Program-made: the position numbers and the translations under genes
The notes under the pieces: model-generated
What the model saw: only the letters and a program-made list of their open reading frames with translations
What the model was told of the DNA's origin: nothing
Database searches by the model: none
Part shown: piece after piece, positions 22,001 through 30,854 of the stretch
How positions within the stretch are numbered: the first letter of the stretch is position 1
How the letters are laid out: each line of letters opens with the position of its first letter
NCBI GenBank assembly: GCA_964551015.1
Contig: CAZKBP010000003.1
Span: 213,327 to 276,717, forward strand
DNA from: an uncultured Cytophagaceae bacterium
GTDB taxonomy: Bacteria; Bacteroidota; Bacteroidia; Cytophagales; Microscillaceae
Direction: 5' to 3'
DNA length: 63,391 nt

Positions 22001-22477
22001 GGGCGTGCTAATCCACAAGTACTCATTTTGATAGATGTAAAGATTTGAAATGTTTTTTTGGTGCAGGGATTGCGAGCTTGCCGGAGTCTCGGGAGTATAC
22101 TGAAACTGGTGTACAAAGGTTTGCTTTTCTGGGATAAAGATATTGAGTCCCTGGTCGGTTCCCACCCAGATTCTCCCCCAGCGATCCTCCACGAGCGTAC
22201 GCATATTATTAGCACTAATCGTATTGGTATCTTCGGGTGATTTTTTGTAAATCTTGAATTGGTAACCATCGTAGCGATTTAGGCCATCTTGGGTGCCAAA
22301 CCAGAGAAAGCCTAGGCGATCTTGCAAGATACAATAGACATGGCTCTGAGAAAGCCCTTCTTTGAGGGTAATGTGGTCAAACTCTAAGTTTATTCTCTGG
22401 GCAAAGAGAAGGGGAGGAGCCATCCCAAGGAAAATGATTAGTAAAAAAGACAAATAAACAAAAGAGCCTCTTTTCAT
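19043..22477 (-). CDS. Sensor histidine kinase with periplasmic two-component-regulator beta-propeller repeats and Y_Y_Y domain. No receiver or DNA-binding domain
   Basis: After a signal peptide come about 14 repeats of the (Q/R)G(N/Q)(L/I)W(V/I)GT type, a Y_Y_Y region ([15 protein letters not shown]) and a TM helix ([18 protein letters not shown]). A coiled coil, HisKA ([12 protein letters not shown]) and HATPase_c ([16 protein letters not shown]) follow, and the protein ends after the ATPase. Confidence 0.85.
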   Translation of the reverse strand: MKRGSFVYLSFLLIIFLGMAPPLLFAQRINLEFDHITLKEGLSQSHVYCILQDRLGFLWFGTQDGLNRYDGYQFKIYKKSPEDTNTISANNMRTLVEDRWGRIWVGTDQGLNIFIPEKQTFVHQFQYTPETPASSQSLHQKNISNLYIYQNEYLWISTPEQTYVAKLHENLDSITFRTIRLAQIQEITEDAGGQIWAGTEQGLFRWNASHARFQAFPLSESEPYPVILSLLGDQKQNLWVGTTDGLMQVSEQERVQKVELPLDATASLGIFTLALDQEQNLWVGSNQGLFVKDQAGNWSHHQKDLQKTGSLNANLIFDIYPDHQGQVWIGTYIGGVNKYDPSQRMFHHFSQDNSSLSSNNIKGFCPADSNQFWVATYNGGIDIYDVNQDRILSGFRKENSNLPNNDVQTIYRDRQGNIWVGMLNQGLLKYLGGQNFKAYPVHNQIDAQAKKALLHPNVRVIYEDSQNKLWIGTKGGGLSLLDRDTDTFRHFLHDAKDSLSLSHNTIYALAEDSEGNLWVGTRGGGLNRFDYKTEKFYSYQYDERKSNSLSNDIIMAVFEDSRKQLWVGTYGGGLNQFDREQETFTRYDQDDGLFNDVAYGILEDESGYLWISTNKGLFQLSLDQDSVIANYDVFDGLQSNEFNGGAYLKSKTGHMLFGGINGFTNFDPARVNALKEIEAPSVVLTDFQIFNESVKISTEESAVLSKHITLTDTITLDYHQSIFSIEFVALNYKHPEKTRYRYRLLGFQDGKWNYTTTQRLVTYTNLYPATYVFEVEAINKNSDWSKAGRRVLVIQILPPFWLTWWFWTLCIIAFVGIIYMISRYRINQIQRRKKELEEEVQRQTAQIHQQKEEIQATLDNLKSTQTQLLEADKMASLGQLTAGIAHEINNPINFVYAGIGSLKTNIQDLIEVLENYEEVDAQNVEEKLKEIMELKEDMEFEEVLEEVNELTESIKRGAERTAEIVKGLRTFSRLDEDDIKMADMHENLDATLSILRNQYKNRVEIVKEYGHIPSIECYPGKLNQVFMNIISNAIQAIEGEGKIFIKTEQAGTSNQESADQAPLSSVLIRIRDTGKGMPEEIRKRVFEPFFTTKEVGEGTGLGLSIVHSIIEKHQGKIEVESEAGVGTEFIITLPIKQPNAVITD

Positions 22478-22689
22478 GGACTTTTGGGTTATGAGTTGTT
22501 GGTTTCCTTTCTAGGGCTTTCTTGACAATGGTTTCCAGCCCTAGCCGATTTGATACAACTGATTTTTGTGGATTCTGAATCTTGATTACTTACGTAAAGT
22601 TTGGCAAAAATCACCCCAATTTACGGAAAAAGAAAACATATTCGTAATGACTGCAAACGCTTTTCAGACGGTGTTGATGCGCTCGTGCA

Positions 22690-22860
22690 TGGCGTGAGAA
22701 ACTTTTTGTATGGTGTTAATGGATTCATCAGTGAGCTTAAAAACTTTTTAGATGGTGCTAATGGATTCATCAGCGGGCTTAAAAACTTTTTAGATGGCGT
22801 TGAAAGCTTTTTGTATGGTGCTAATGGATTCATCAGTGAGCTTAAAAAATCTTTTATCGA
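22690..22860. repeat. About four tandem copies of a 42-bp unit (AATGGATTCATCAGTGAGCTTAAAAACTTTTTAGATGGTGCT-like). It lies in overlapping ORFs on both strands (TTG-start 22601..23002 on +, ATG-start 22621..22833 on -)
   Basis: Seen directly. The + translation repeats FL(Y/D)G(V/A)NGFISELKN. The - translation repeats LMNPLAP(Y/S)KKFL(S/T)P. Which strand, if either, is coding is undetermined. Confidence 0.6.
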
Positions 22861-23086
22861 TAAAAACCTACTGCTAATCAGGGTTAAGCGAAAGTTCGAG
22901 TGTGTTTTTAAGCACTTATCTAAGTCAAGCCTAAATCTTCTAGAGGTGTTCTTAGCGATGTTTTCGCGGGGTGTAGGAAGAAAATTAGATGATTTTGGGT
23001 GAAACTGACTTTTGTCATTTTAATCCCAAGGCATCTCGGCTACCTTCGTACAAGATTAAACTTCTAACTCCTCAAAAACGATATTT

Positions 23087-25255
23087 ATGGAAGGGAAAGT
23101 ATTAACACGAGATACCCAACAAAAATCCTTAGACCTGCAGATTGAGAAGTTTAGCTACGATAACACAGTGGTCAAACTTTTCATCATCGCTACGGTGATC
23201 TTTGGAATCGTCGGCATGTCAGTCGGTTTGCTGATGGCCATTCAAATGTTCTATCCTGCTGCTAATTTTGGTATTCCTTATACTACTTTTGGCCGAATCA
23301 GACCTTTACACACCAACGCGGTCATTTTTGCCTTCGTTGGAAATGCTATGTTTGCCGGAGTCTATTACTCCTTGCAACGATTACTCAAAGCCAGAATGTA
23401 CAGCGATGCGCTGAGCCGTTTTCATTTCTGGGGCTGGCAAGCCATTATCTTGGCGGCGGCTATTACATTGCCCCTAGGATATACCACGAGCCACGAGTAC
23501 GCCGAATTAGAGTGGCCGATTGATATTGCCATTACTTTGGTATGGGTGGCCTTCGGGATCAACATGATCGGAACCATCCTCAAGCGTCGTGAAAGACACA
23601 TGTACGTGGCTATTTGGTTTTACATCGCGACTTTTATTACCGTGGCGATTCTACACGTATTCAACTCCATCCAGTTACCCATTGGTTGGTTCAAAAGCTA
23701 CTATGTATTTGCTGGGGTGCAAGATGCCTTGGTACAATGGTGGTACGGACACAACGCAGTGGCTTTCTTCCTGACCACACCTTTCTTGGGGCTGATGTAT
23801 TATTATCTGCCTAAGGCGGCCAATCGTCCGGTTTATTCCTATAAGCTTTCGATTATCCACTTCTGGTCCTTGATCTTTATCTATATCTGGGCAGGGCCTC
23901 ACCACTTATTATATACTTCACTGCCAGACTGGGCACAAAGCTTGGGTACGGTCTTTTCTATTATGTTGATTGCCCCTTCTTGGGGAGGAATGCTCAACGG
24001 TTTGTTGACGCTCAGAGGAGCTTGGGATAGAGTAAGAGAAGATCCGGTTTTGAAATTCTTGGTGGTAGCGGTTACGGCTTACGGTATGGCTACTTTTGAA
24101 GGGCCGATGCTTTCTTTGAAAAATGTCAACTGGCTATCGCACTATACCGACTGGACCATTGCTCACGTACACGTGGGAGGTTTGGGTTGGAATGGTTTTA
24201 TGATCTTTGGAGTACTTTATTGGTTGGTGCCCAAGCTTTGGGGAACTCAGTTATTCTCTCGCAAACTAGCCAATACACACTTCTGGCTAGGTACTTTGGG
24301 AATCATCTTTTATGCCTTACCGCTTTACATTGCTGGTTTTACCCAGAGTTTGATGTGGAAGCAATTCACGCCTGATGGATTCTTGGTATATAGTAACTTC
24401 CTACAAACGGTTACGCAAATCTTGCCGATGTACATGCTCCGTGCGGTCGGTGGAGCCTTATATTTGACCGGTGCTTTCTTACTAGCTTATAACCTTTGGA
24501 AAACCGCAACTCAGGGTAAATTTATCGCTAACGAAGAAGCACAAGCGCCTGCACTTGCCAAAAAATACGTGGCGAAGCCTAATGAGGGCTGGCACCACAG
24601 ATTGGAAAGAAGAGCCGTTCTTTTCACCGTCTTGACTTTTATTGCCGTGGCGATCGGAGGAATCATTGAGATTGTACCCACGATGATGGTCAAATCCAAC
24701 GTGCCTAGCATCGCTTCGGTACAGCCTTATACTCCATTAGAATTACACGGTAGAGATTTGTATATCCGCGAAGGTTGTGTGGGTTGCCACTCGCAAATGG
24801 TTCGTCCTTTCCGCGATGAAACCGAGCGATACGGTGAATACTCCAAAGCAGGTGAATTCGTGTACGATCACCCATTCCTATGGGGTTCTAAGCGTACTGG
24901 GCCAGACTTGCACCGCGAAGGTGGCCTGAGAAGCGATAGCTGGCACTACTTCCATATGTTGGAGCCAGAGCAAATGTCTCCAGGTTCTATTATGCCACCC
25001 TATCCTTGGTTGCTAGAAAATGATTACCAGACTTCAAGCATTATCCCGAAAGTTACGGCTATGCGTCAGTTGGGTGTGCCTTATCCTGAGGGTTACGAAG
25101 GTGAAGTAGAAGCCGAAGTACAGGCGCAAGCCGAGGCCATTGTGAAACGATTGGCAGAAGAAGCCAAAGTAAAGACTTCTCCTGATAAAGAAATCGTAGC
25201 CCTGATCGCTTACCTACAACGCTTAGGAACCGATATCAAAGTAGTAGAAGAATAA
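23087..25255 (+). CDS. ccoNO: cbb3-type cytochrome c oxidase, fused subunits I and II (CcoN-CcoO)
   Basis: 722 aa. The N-terminal ~470 aa form a 12-TM heme-copper oxidase subunit I with conserved His ligands (WAGPHHLLYT, TIAHVHVGG). The C-terminal part is a monoheme cytochrome c with CVGCHSQMVRPF (CcoO heme-binding CXXCH). This fused form is typical of Bacteroidota. Confidence 0.9.
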   Translation: MEGKVLTRDTQQKSLDLQIEKFSYDNTVVKLFIIATVIFGIVGMSVGLLMAIQMFYPAANFGIPYTTFGRIRPLHTNAVIFAFVGNAMFAGVYYSLQRLLKARMYSDALSRFHFWGWQAIILAAAITLPLGYTTSHEYAELEWPIDIAITLVWVAFGINMIGTILKRRERHMYVAIWFYIATFITVAILHVFNSIQLPIGWFKSYYVFAGVQDALVQWWYGHNAVAFFLTTPFLGLMYYYLPKAANRPVYSYKLSIIHFWSLIFIYIWAGPHHLLYTSLPDWAQSLGTVFSIMLIAPSWGGMLNGLLTLRGAWDRVREDPVLKFLVVAVTAYGMATFEGPMLSLKNVNWLSHYTDWTIAHVHVGGLGWNGFMIFGVLYWLVPKLWGTQLFSRKLANTHFWLGTLGIIFYALPLYIAGFTQSLMWKQFTPDGFLVYSNFLQTVTQILPMYMLRAVGGALYLTGAFLLAYNLWKTATQGKFIANEEAQAPALAKKYVAKPNEGWHHRLERRAVLFTVLTFIAVAIGGIIEIVPTMMVKSNVPSIASVQPYTPLELHGRDLYIREGCVGCHSQMVRPFRDETERYGEYSKAGEFVYDHPFLWGSKRTGPDLHREGGLRSDSWHYFHMLEPEQMSPGSIMPPYPWLLENDYQTSSIIPKVTAMRQLGVPYPEGYEGEVEAEVQAQAEAIVKRLAEEAKVKTSPDKEIVALIAYLQRLGTDIKVVEE

Positions 25256-25260
25256 AAACA

Positions 25261-25338
25261 GTTGTCCGGTTGTGGCTTGCTAGTTATGAGGGTAATAAAA
25301 CCCTCCAACGCGCAACTCACAACCGACAACCCGCAACT
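25261..25338. repeat. Palindromic element between ccoNO and ccoQ: outer arms GTTGTCCGGTTGTG / CACAACCGACAAC with an inner hairpin GAGGG-N8-CCCTC. The right arm continues into GCAACTCACAACC
   Basis: Seen directly. It has the same nested architecture and the same ACTCACAACC core as the element at 2429-2572. It ends 10 nt before the ccoQ ATG. Confidence 0.5.
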
Positions 25339-25348
25339 AAATAAAGCC

Positions 25349-25567
25349 ATGTTTAAACACTATTTCGAAGGAATCCAGAACGTAGAAATCTATCCGATTA
25401 TCTCTCTGATCATATTTTTCACCTTTTTCTTATTAATGATCATTTGGCTCATTAAAGTCAACCAAGGCTACATTGACAAGATGAAAAATATGCCCTTAGA
25501 ATCGGATGAAGAATTGGACCTAAAATCAAAAAACGAGCAAGAAAACTATGAACACGCTTCTTCATAA
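25349..25567 (+). CDS. ccoQ: cbb3 oxidase small subunit (CcoQ/FixQ-like, single TM)
   Basis: 72 aa from ATG 25349 (MFKHYFEGIQNVEIYPIISLIIFFTFFLLMIIWLIKV...), with one TM helix. Its position between ccoNO and ccoP fits. I discarded the track's longer start at 25262 because it lies inside the palindromic element. Confidence 0.6.
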   Translation: MFKHYFEGIQNVEIYPIISLIIFFTFFLLMIIWLIKVNQGYIDKMKNMPLESDEELDLKSKNEQENYEHASS

Positions 25568-26462
25568 ATCAAAAAATTTACTCAAAAAAGCAAGCCTAGC
25601 CACTGCCCTGCTCTTAGGTGGGGGAGTAGCCTGGGCGCAAGAAGCTGAGGAAGCTGCCGCGGCCGCTACTCAGCAAGCACAACTGTCCCAACAGGAGTGG
25701 ATGCTCCTGATGCTGATCGGTACTACGGTCTTTGTGACCATTCTGGTGCTCATCACGGTGCTGTACACCTTGGTGGTATTACGCCAGGTCGTCTTTAAGG
25801 AGATGAAAGGTAAGGAAGCACCCAGCCTTTGGGTAAGCATTGACAAGCAACTGACCAATGCCATTCCTCTGGAAAAAGAAGAGTCTATCATGCTGGACCA
25901 TAACTACGATGGCATCCGTGAGCTAGACAATCACTTACCACCTTGGTGGGTCTACTTGTTCTACGGTACGGTGGTATTTGGTATTATTTATATGTTTAAT
26001 TATCACGTGCTTGAGATCTCGCCTCTTTCTGATGAAGAATACGAAATCGCCATGGAGAAAGCCTCTTTTGAAGTAGCTGAATACAAAAAGCTAATGGCTG
26101 ATAACATTGATGAAAATAATGTAGAATTCCTCAGTGACGACTCCGAAGCACTGGCCGCAGGTAAAGAAATTTACGACAAAAACTGCGTGGCCTGTCACGG
26201 TGCCCAAGGCGAAGGAGGAACCGGACCAAACCTGACCGATGAGTATTGGCTTCACGGTGGGGATATCAAGCATATCTTCTCTACCATCAAGTATGGAGTA
26301 GCCCAGAAAGGGATGATCTCTTGGGAGAAAAAGCTTAAACCTGGCGATATGCAGAATGTGGCTAGCTATATCCTTAGCCTACAGGGAACCAACCCGCCCA
26401 ACGCCAAAGAACCACAAGGAGATCAATACGTGCCAGAAGAAGAGGAAGAAGCAAGTAAATAA
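25548..26462 (+). CDS. ccoP: cbb3-type cytochrome c oxidase subunit III (CcoP), monoheme form
   Basis: It has the CcoP N-terminal domain motif (HNYDGIRELDNHLPPWW) and a TM region. Only one CXXCH (NCVACHGAQGEGGTGPNL) is present, with a Met ligand region (KGMISWE). Confidence 0.8.
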   Translation: MNTLLHKSKNLLKKASLATALLLGGGVAWAQEAEEAAAAATQQAQLSQQEWMLLMLIGTTVFVTILVLITVLYTLVVLRQVVFKEMKGKEAPSLWVSIDKQLTNAIPLEKEESIMLDHNYDGIRELDNHLPPWWVYLFYGTVVFGIIYMFNYHVLEISPLSDEEYEIAMEKASFEVAEYKKLMADNIDENNVEFLSDDSEALAAGKEIYDKNCVACHGAQGEGGTGPNLTDEYWLHGGDIKHIFSTIKYGVAQKGMISWEKKLKPGDMQNVASYILSLQGTNPPNAKEPQGDQYVPEEEEEASK

Positions 26463-26468
26463 AAGCAT

Positions 26469-26909
26469 ATGCAACTGAGTGATGAGCAAATAGCATTAGT
26501 AAAAGATTCTTGGGTAACGCTCGTTACTCGCTATGAACAAGCCGGTCAGATTTTCTATGACCGGCTTTTCGAGAAAAATCCTGACTTGCGCTCGCTTTTT
26601 AAGCACGAAATGGAGACCCAAAATCGTAAACTTTTGTTTGCTGTTTCGCTCATTATCACAAAGCTTTCTAAACTGGACAAAGTCAAAGAAGAAATCAAAC
26701 ACCTAGGACGGCGACACGTGGATTATGGCGTGCTACCCAAGCATTTTGAACCCTTTGGAGAAGCTTTCTTAGCCATGCACCAAGAACTCTTGGGCGATAA
26801 ATGGACGCCCGAACTCGAGGCGGCTTGGGAAAAGGTATATCAGGTAATTTCCAAAGCCATGATCGAGCTGATCCAAGAAAAACGCGAAAACATGTCCTCA
26901 TCAAGCTAA
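26469..26909 (+). CDS. Single-domain bacterial hemoglobin (VHb/flavohemoglobin-globin-like)
   Basis: 146 aa. It aligns along its length with Vitreoscilla Hb. The B10 Tyr region is QIFYDRLFEKNPDLRSLF (VHb: TTFYKNLFAKHPEVRPLF). A distal Gln lies in METQNRKLL. The proximal His region is LGRRHVDYGV (VHb: VKHCQAGV), and the C-terminal LGDKWTPELEAAWEKVYQVI matches [20 protein letters not shown]. No reductase domain is present. Confidence 0.75.
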   Translation: MQLSDEQIALVKDSWVTLVTRYEQAGQIFYDRLFEKNPDLRSLFKHEMETQNRKLLFAVSLIITKLSKLDKVKEEIKHLGRRHVDYGVLPKHFEPFGEAFLAMHQELLGDKWTPELEAAWEKVYQVISKAMIELIQEKRENMSSSS

Positions 26910-26930
26910 TTGTTTCAAAAAGTCCTTTTT

Positions 26931-28376
26931 ATGGAAACCCTAGAAGAAATTATAGATAACGAAGAATACCGCGATAGTATCGCCACGGTAGACGGGGAAG
27001 GAAAGCGTATCTGGATTTATCCCAAAAAACCCAGCGGATGGTTTCATAACCGTCGTTTGATCGTATCAGCACTGCTGCTAACGGTCTTTTTTGCCACCCC
27101 ATTCATTTGGGTCAATGGGCATCCCTTTTTCCTCTTCAATATCTTCGAGCGTAAGTTTATTTTATTTGGGAATGTGTTCATGCCTCAGGATTTTCACTTG
27201 TTGGCTCTTTCTATGATTACCTTTTTCGTATTCGTGATTCTCTTCACGGTGGTCTACGGGAGGGTCTGGTGTGGCTGGGCTTGCCCACAAACGGTTTTCA
27301 TGGAGTCGGTCTTTCGTAAAGTGGAATATTGGATTGAAGGCGATGCCAAGCAACAGCGCCAACTCAACGCCCAAGCTTGGAACGGCGAAAAAATTAGAAA
27401 GAAAGTAACTAAACAAGCCATTTTCGTGGCGATTGCCGTTTTGATTGCGCATACGGCGATGGCTTATCTGATTGGAATCGATCAAGTAGCTCAGGTGGTC
27501 AGCAAGCCTCCAAGCGAGAATTTAACTGGCTTTATGGGGCTCGTAGCTTTTACCTTTATCTTTTATGGGGTTTTTGCTTACTTCCGAGAGCAGGCCTGTA
27601 TCGCAGTTTGCCCTTATGGTCGATTACAGAGTGTGCTTTTGGGGAAAGACTCTATGGTAGTTGCCTACGATTTTGAGAGAGGAGAGCCGCGTGGTAAGCT
27701 CAAAAAGAAAGCTTCCTCTCCTAACAACGGGAAAGCCCTTACGCTGGATGATTTGGAGAAGCCCAAAGGCGATTGTATTGATTGTAAACTTTGTGTGCAA
27801 GTATGCCCCACGGGGATCGATATTCGGAATGGAACCCAGATGGAATGTGTCAATTGTACGGCCTGTATTGATGCTTGCGATCAAGTGATGGAAAAAATCA
27901 AGAAGCCCAAAGGACTCATTCGCTATGCTTCTTTTAATAATATTGTTAATCAAACCAAGTTCAAATTCACGCCCCGCATCATGGCTTATACTGCCGTATT
28001 GATTGCTTTATTGAGCTTGGATGCTTACCTAATAGCCAGCCGTAGCCTGATTGAGGCCACCATTCTGCGCGTACCCGGCGCCATGTTTAATGAACTACCT
28101 AATGGAGATATTCGCAATATTTACAATGTACAAATTGCCAATAAATCCTTTGAAAATTTACCCATTAGCTTCAAGCTGAAAGAGGTCAAGGGAAATATCC
28201 AAGTGGCCGGAGAAGATTTTACGGCACTTAAAAATACCACCTCCGAAAGTGCTTTCTTAGTAGATATACCGCCTTCGGAGCTAGACGGACTCAAAACACG
28301 CATTGTGATCGAGGTCTGGTCGGGAGATGAATTGATGGAAACCGTTCGCACCAATTTCCTCGGGCCAGCCCAGTAA
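26931..28376 (+). CDS. ccoG: Cytochrome c oxidase accessory protein CcoG/FixG (membrane 4Fe-4S ferredoxin)
   Basis: It has TM helices and the CcoG-type Cys clusters CGWACPQ and CIDCKLCVQVCPTGIDIRNGTQMECVNCTACIDACD. The ATG at 26931 was chosen over the TTG at 26910 that abuts the globin stop. Confidence 0.85.
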   Translation: METLEEIIDNEEYRDSIATVDGEGKRIWIYPKKPSGWFHNRRLIVSALLLTVFFATPFIWVNGHPFFLFNIFERKFILFGNVFMPQDFHLLALSMITFFVFVILFTVVYGRVWCGWACPQTVFMESVFRKVEYWIEGDAKQQRQLNAQAWNGEKIRKKVTKQAIFVAIAVLIAHTAMAYLIGIDQVAQVVSKPPSENLTGFMGLVAFTFIFYGVFAYFREQACIAVCPYGRLQSVLLGKDSMVVAYDFERGEPRGKLKKKASSPNNGKALTLDDLEKPKGDCIDCKLCVQVCPTGIDIRNGTQMECVNCTACIDACDQVMEKIKKPKGLIRYASFNNIVNQTKFKFTPRIMAYTAVLIALLSLDAYLIASRSLIEATILRVPGAMFNELPNGDIRNIYNVQIANKSFENLPISFKLKEVKGNIQVAGEDFTALKNTTSESAFLVDIPPSELDGLKTRIVIEVWSGDELMETVRTNFLGPAQ

Positions 28377-28413
28377 TAAATTGAAATAATTCACCAAGAA
28401 AAACCTTAAAATT

Positions 28414-28917
28414 ATGAATTGGGGATATAGAATTGCATTAACCTACATTGGATTTATGGCTTTGATCCTGACGATGGTGGTGATGAGCCATCAGTACGAA
28501 GTCAACCTCATTGCCAAAGATTATTACAAACAAGAAATTGCTTACCAACAAGAAATTGAGAAAATGGTCAATGTAAGCCATCTCGATCACCAGTTAGATT
28601 TAGACTACAACGCGCAAAATCAAACTCTAGATTTACAAATTCCGACCGATCAGAGTGAAGGAGAAGTGGTTTTCTTTCGTCCCGCCACACGGCATCAAGA
28701 CCTGAAAATGCCCCTCGCCCTGGACGAAAAAGGCTTCCAAGCCCTACCTGTAGGAAATCTGGCTCGAGGACTGTGGCGCCTGAAAATCAACTGGAAATCA
28801 GGAGATAAAGCTTATTATGTAGAAAAACAACTACAAGTAAGCAAAGATGGCTCTGTGAAAATTCTCCGCTCGGGCAAGGGTCGCTCCGTTCCCGTAGAAA
28901 GAATGCCTAAGATCTAA
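28414..28917 (+). CDS. FixH/CcoH-like protein
   Basis: 167 aa with a single N-terminal TM helix (IALTYIGFMALILTMVVM), placed directly after ccoG as in cbb3 loci. Confidence 0.55.
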   Translation: MNWGYRIALTYIGFMALILTMVVMSHQYEVNLIAKDYYKQEIAYQQEIEKMVNVSHLDHQLDLDYNAQNQTLDLQIPTDQSEGEVVFFRPATRHQDLKMPLALDEKGFQALPVGNLARGLWRLKINWKSGDKAYYVEKQLQVSKDGSVKILRSGKGRSVPVERMPKI

Positions 28918-28991
28918 AGTTGTCAGTTGGCGGCTGTTCGCTATTTGTTTGAGTCTTTTCAGGATTTTATGTCTCAGTACTCATTAGAATT

Positions 28992-29714
28992 ATGCTTTTT
29001 TATTCTGCATTATTGGTTGGATTACTAGGAAGTTTTCACTGTGTAGGCATGTGTGGCCCCATTGCTTTTGCGCTGCCTCTCAAAAAGCGAAACCTCTGGC
29101 ACATCCTGTTGAGCCGTATCTTCTATAACTTAGGACGGATTTTTACCTATGCACTATTGGGTGGAATCGTGGGTTTAGCAGGAAGGGGGCTGCTCTTAAG
29201 TAGTTCACAACAATGGCTTTCTATCCTGATTGGGCTGGGAATTTTGGTTTTTTGGTTACTTCCGAGCAGCATATCGCACCGTTTTGGTTTTTTGCAGCCC
29301 TTTCAAAAGTTAAATTTTTGGGTGAAGCAAAAATTTAGTGCTTTGTTTCGCCAAAAAAGTATTTCCTCTTATTTACTCGTGGGTTTGTTGAATGGCTTTC
29401 TACCTTGTGGTTTGGTCTATTTGGCACTCGCTGGAGCCATTGCCACGGGCGAAGTAGTAGATGGAATGCTGTATATGGCTTTGTTTGGTCTGGGTACTTT
29501 CCCCACGATGCTGGTCGTATCTTTACTCGGTAATTTCGTAAAACCACGCTTCAAAAGCTTGATATACAAAAGGTTGTTGCCCGGTTTTACCATTTTGCTG
29601 GCCTTTTTGTTTATTTTAAGAGGATTAAATTTAGGAATTCCCTATATTAGTCCTGAGATTCATGTGCATCAAAGCCACGTAGAGGTGGAATGTTGCCACC
29701 CCTCATCCAAATAG
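28992..29714 (+). CDS. Polytopic membrane protein, TauE/SafE-like, with HCxxMCGP motif
   Basis: 240 aa with about 6 TM helices. The N-terminus is LLGSFHCVGMCGPIAF. A second Cys pair lies near the middle (LPCGLVYL). Confidence 0.5.
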   Translation: MLFYSALLVGLLGSFHCVGMCGPIAFALPLKKRNLWHILLSRIFYNLGRIFTYALLGGIVGLAGRGLLLSSSQQWLSILIGLGILVFWLLPSSISHRFGFLQPFQKLNFWVKQKFSALFRQKSISSYLLVGLLNGFLPCGLVYLALAGAIATGEVVDGMLYMALFGLGTFPTMLVVSLLGNFVKPRFKSLIYKRLLPGFTILLAFLFILRGLNLGIPYISPEIHVHQSHVEVECCHPSSK

Positions 29715-29936
29715 ACAATACTGAGTATTAAAGATAGGATCAGCTTGCATCGAGTACTTGACCATAGAAAAAGTCAGGCTGGTCTGGCCTCCACATCCCG
29801 TGGGGGTCTTTTTATTTGCTTACCGATCAGGTAGTTGAGCTATCATTTTCCTGAGAAAATACAAAGGCTGATTCCATGCGTGAAGAGTTAACAAATCTTG
29901 AGGGTATGGGCATCACTCCTTCATGAGCGAGTTTCA

Positions 29937-30854
29937 TCAGCTTTGTCGGTAAGCGGCTGGACTCATTCCCATGAGCTTTTTGAAAAAAGATGAAAAATGA
30001 TTGGGGTAATTAAAGCGAAGGCCATAAGCAATCTCTTTAATGGACTGATTGGTATTTTTGAGCTTAGCTTTGGCTAGACTAAGCAAATGATTTTGAATAT
30101 GCTTGGAAGCCGAAATATCGGTAATACGCTTGATCACTGCATTCAAATGATTAGGATGCATATGCATTTGCTCCGCGTAAAATTGGACTTGATGCAGATT
30201 CGCCTCGAGAGGGCTTTGATTGGGGTAAAAGGCTGTTTCCAACAAAGTTTTAAAGCGAGAAACTATATCTAAATCATTGTCCCGCTCCACCTGGCTATGG
30301 TTTTGGGCGGCAGGGTGGCGGTAGTAGAGGCGAGCTACTTTTCTGAGTAAAATACTGGTATGATAAAAAATAATCTCCTCACGGTGCGCTAAGCTTTGAT
30401 GGTACTCTGTGTAAATATCTTGGAAAGTATTAAAAAAATGCTTTGCTTCCTGTTCAGTAACCTCAAGGGGTAAAGTATTGTCATTAAGCAAGAAAGGAAA
30501 CTGCTCTGTAATACGCTTTGGAGGATGGAAACGGCGGTAAAAATCTTCACTAAACATAATGTAAAAACCTTTCCAATCGGGGGCGATGTCCCAGTGTAGA
30601 ATTTGGTAAGGAGAGTTGAAGAAGACCGTAGCTTTGAGGTCTTTGGTGTTATAGTTACCCGTGCTAGCGTAGCCGCTACCCTCTAGCTTGAGCGCAACCG
30701 CATAAAATTCGTGCTTAAAGGGAGGCATTCGTTGCCGGACGGTCTTCATGTTTTCCTCAAAGCAGCGCGTATCAAAATCGTCTTGCTTAGGAGCAGGAAT
30801 CCCAATGCCTTGGCAGTAAGCAGGCAGGGTGGAAAAATGTTGTAGGTCTGACAT
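29937..30854 (-). CDS. AraC family transcriptional regulator
   Basis: It has a C-terminal AraC HTH (IKEIAYGLRFNYPNHFSSFFKKLMGMSPAAYRQS) and an N-terminal ligand-binding region. Confidence 0.85.
   Translation of the reverse strand: MSDLQHFSTLPAYCQGIGIPAPKQDDFDTRCFEENMKTVRQRMPPFKHEFYAVALKLEGSGYASTGNYNTKDLKATVFFNSPYQILHWDIAPDWKGFYIMFSEDFYRRFHPPKRITEQFPFLLNDNTLPLEVTEQEAKHFFNTFQDIYTEYHQSLAHREEIIFYHTSILLRKVARLYYRHPAAQNHSQVERDNDLDIVSRFKTLLETAFYPNQSPLEANLHQVQFYAEQMHMHPNHLNAVIKRITDISASKHIQNHLLSLAKAKLKNTNQSIKEIAYGLRFNYPNHFSSFFKKLMGMSPAAYRQS

Noticed and set aside
19192-22269. Many 60-140-aa ORFs on the + strand inside the sensor kinase gene (e.g. 20204..20620, 21203..21565) and inside other large genes (TonB receptor, GH31, ppc, GH2)
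   Set aside because: They are antisense to long, well-supported CDSs with clear domain content. They are typical shadow ORFs.
25262-25348. Upstream start for ccoQ at 25262 (track ORF 25262..25567)
   Set aside because: The first 29 codons lie inside the palindromic intergenic element and begin 7 bp after the ccoNO stop. The hydrophobic CcoQ-like helix begins after the ATG at 25349.
29780-29815. Rho-independent terminator after the cbb3 cluster (CCACATCCCGTGG + TCTTTTTATTT)
   Set aside because: The stem is only 4-5 bp. The T-tract is good but the hairpin is too weak to list as a feature. It remains a possible terminator.
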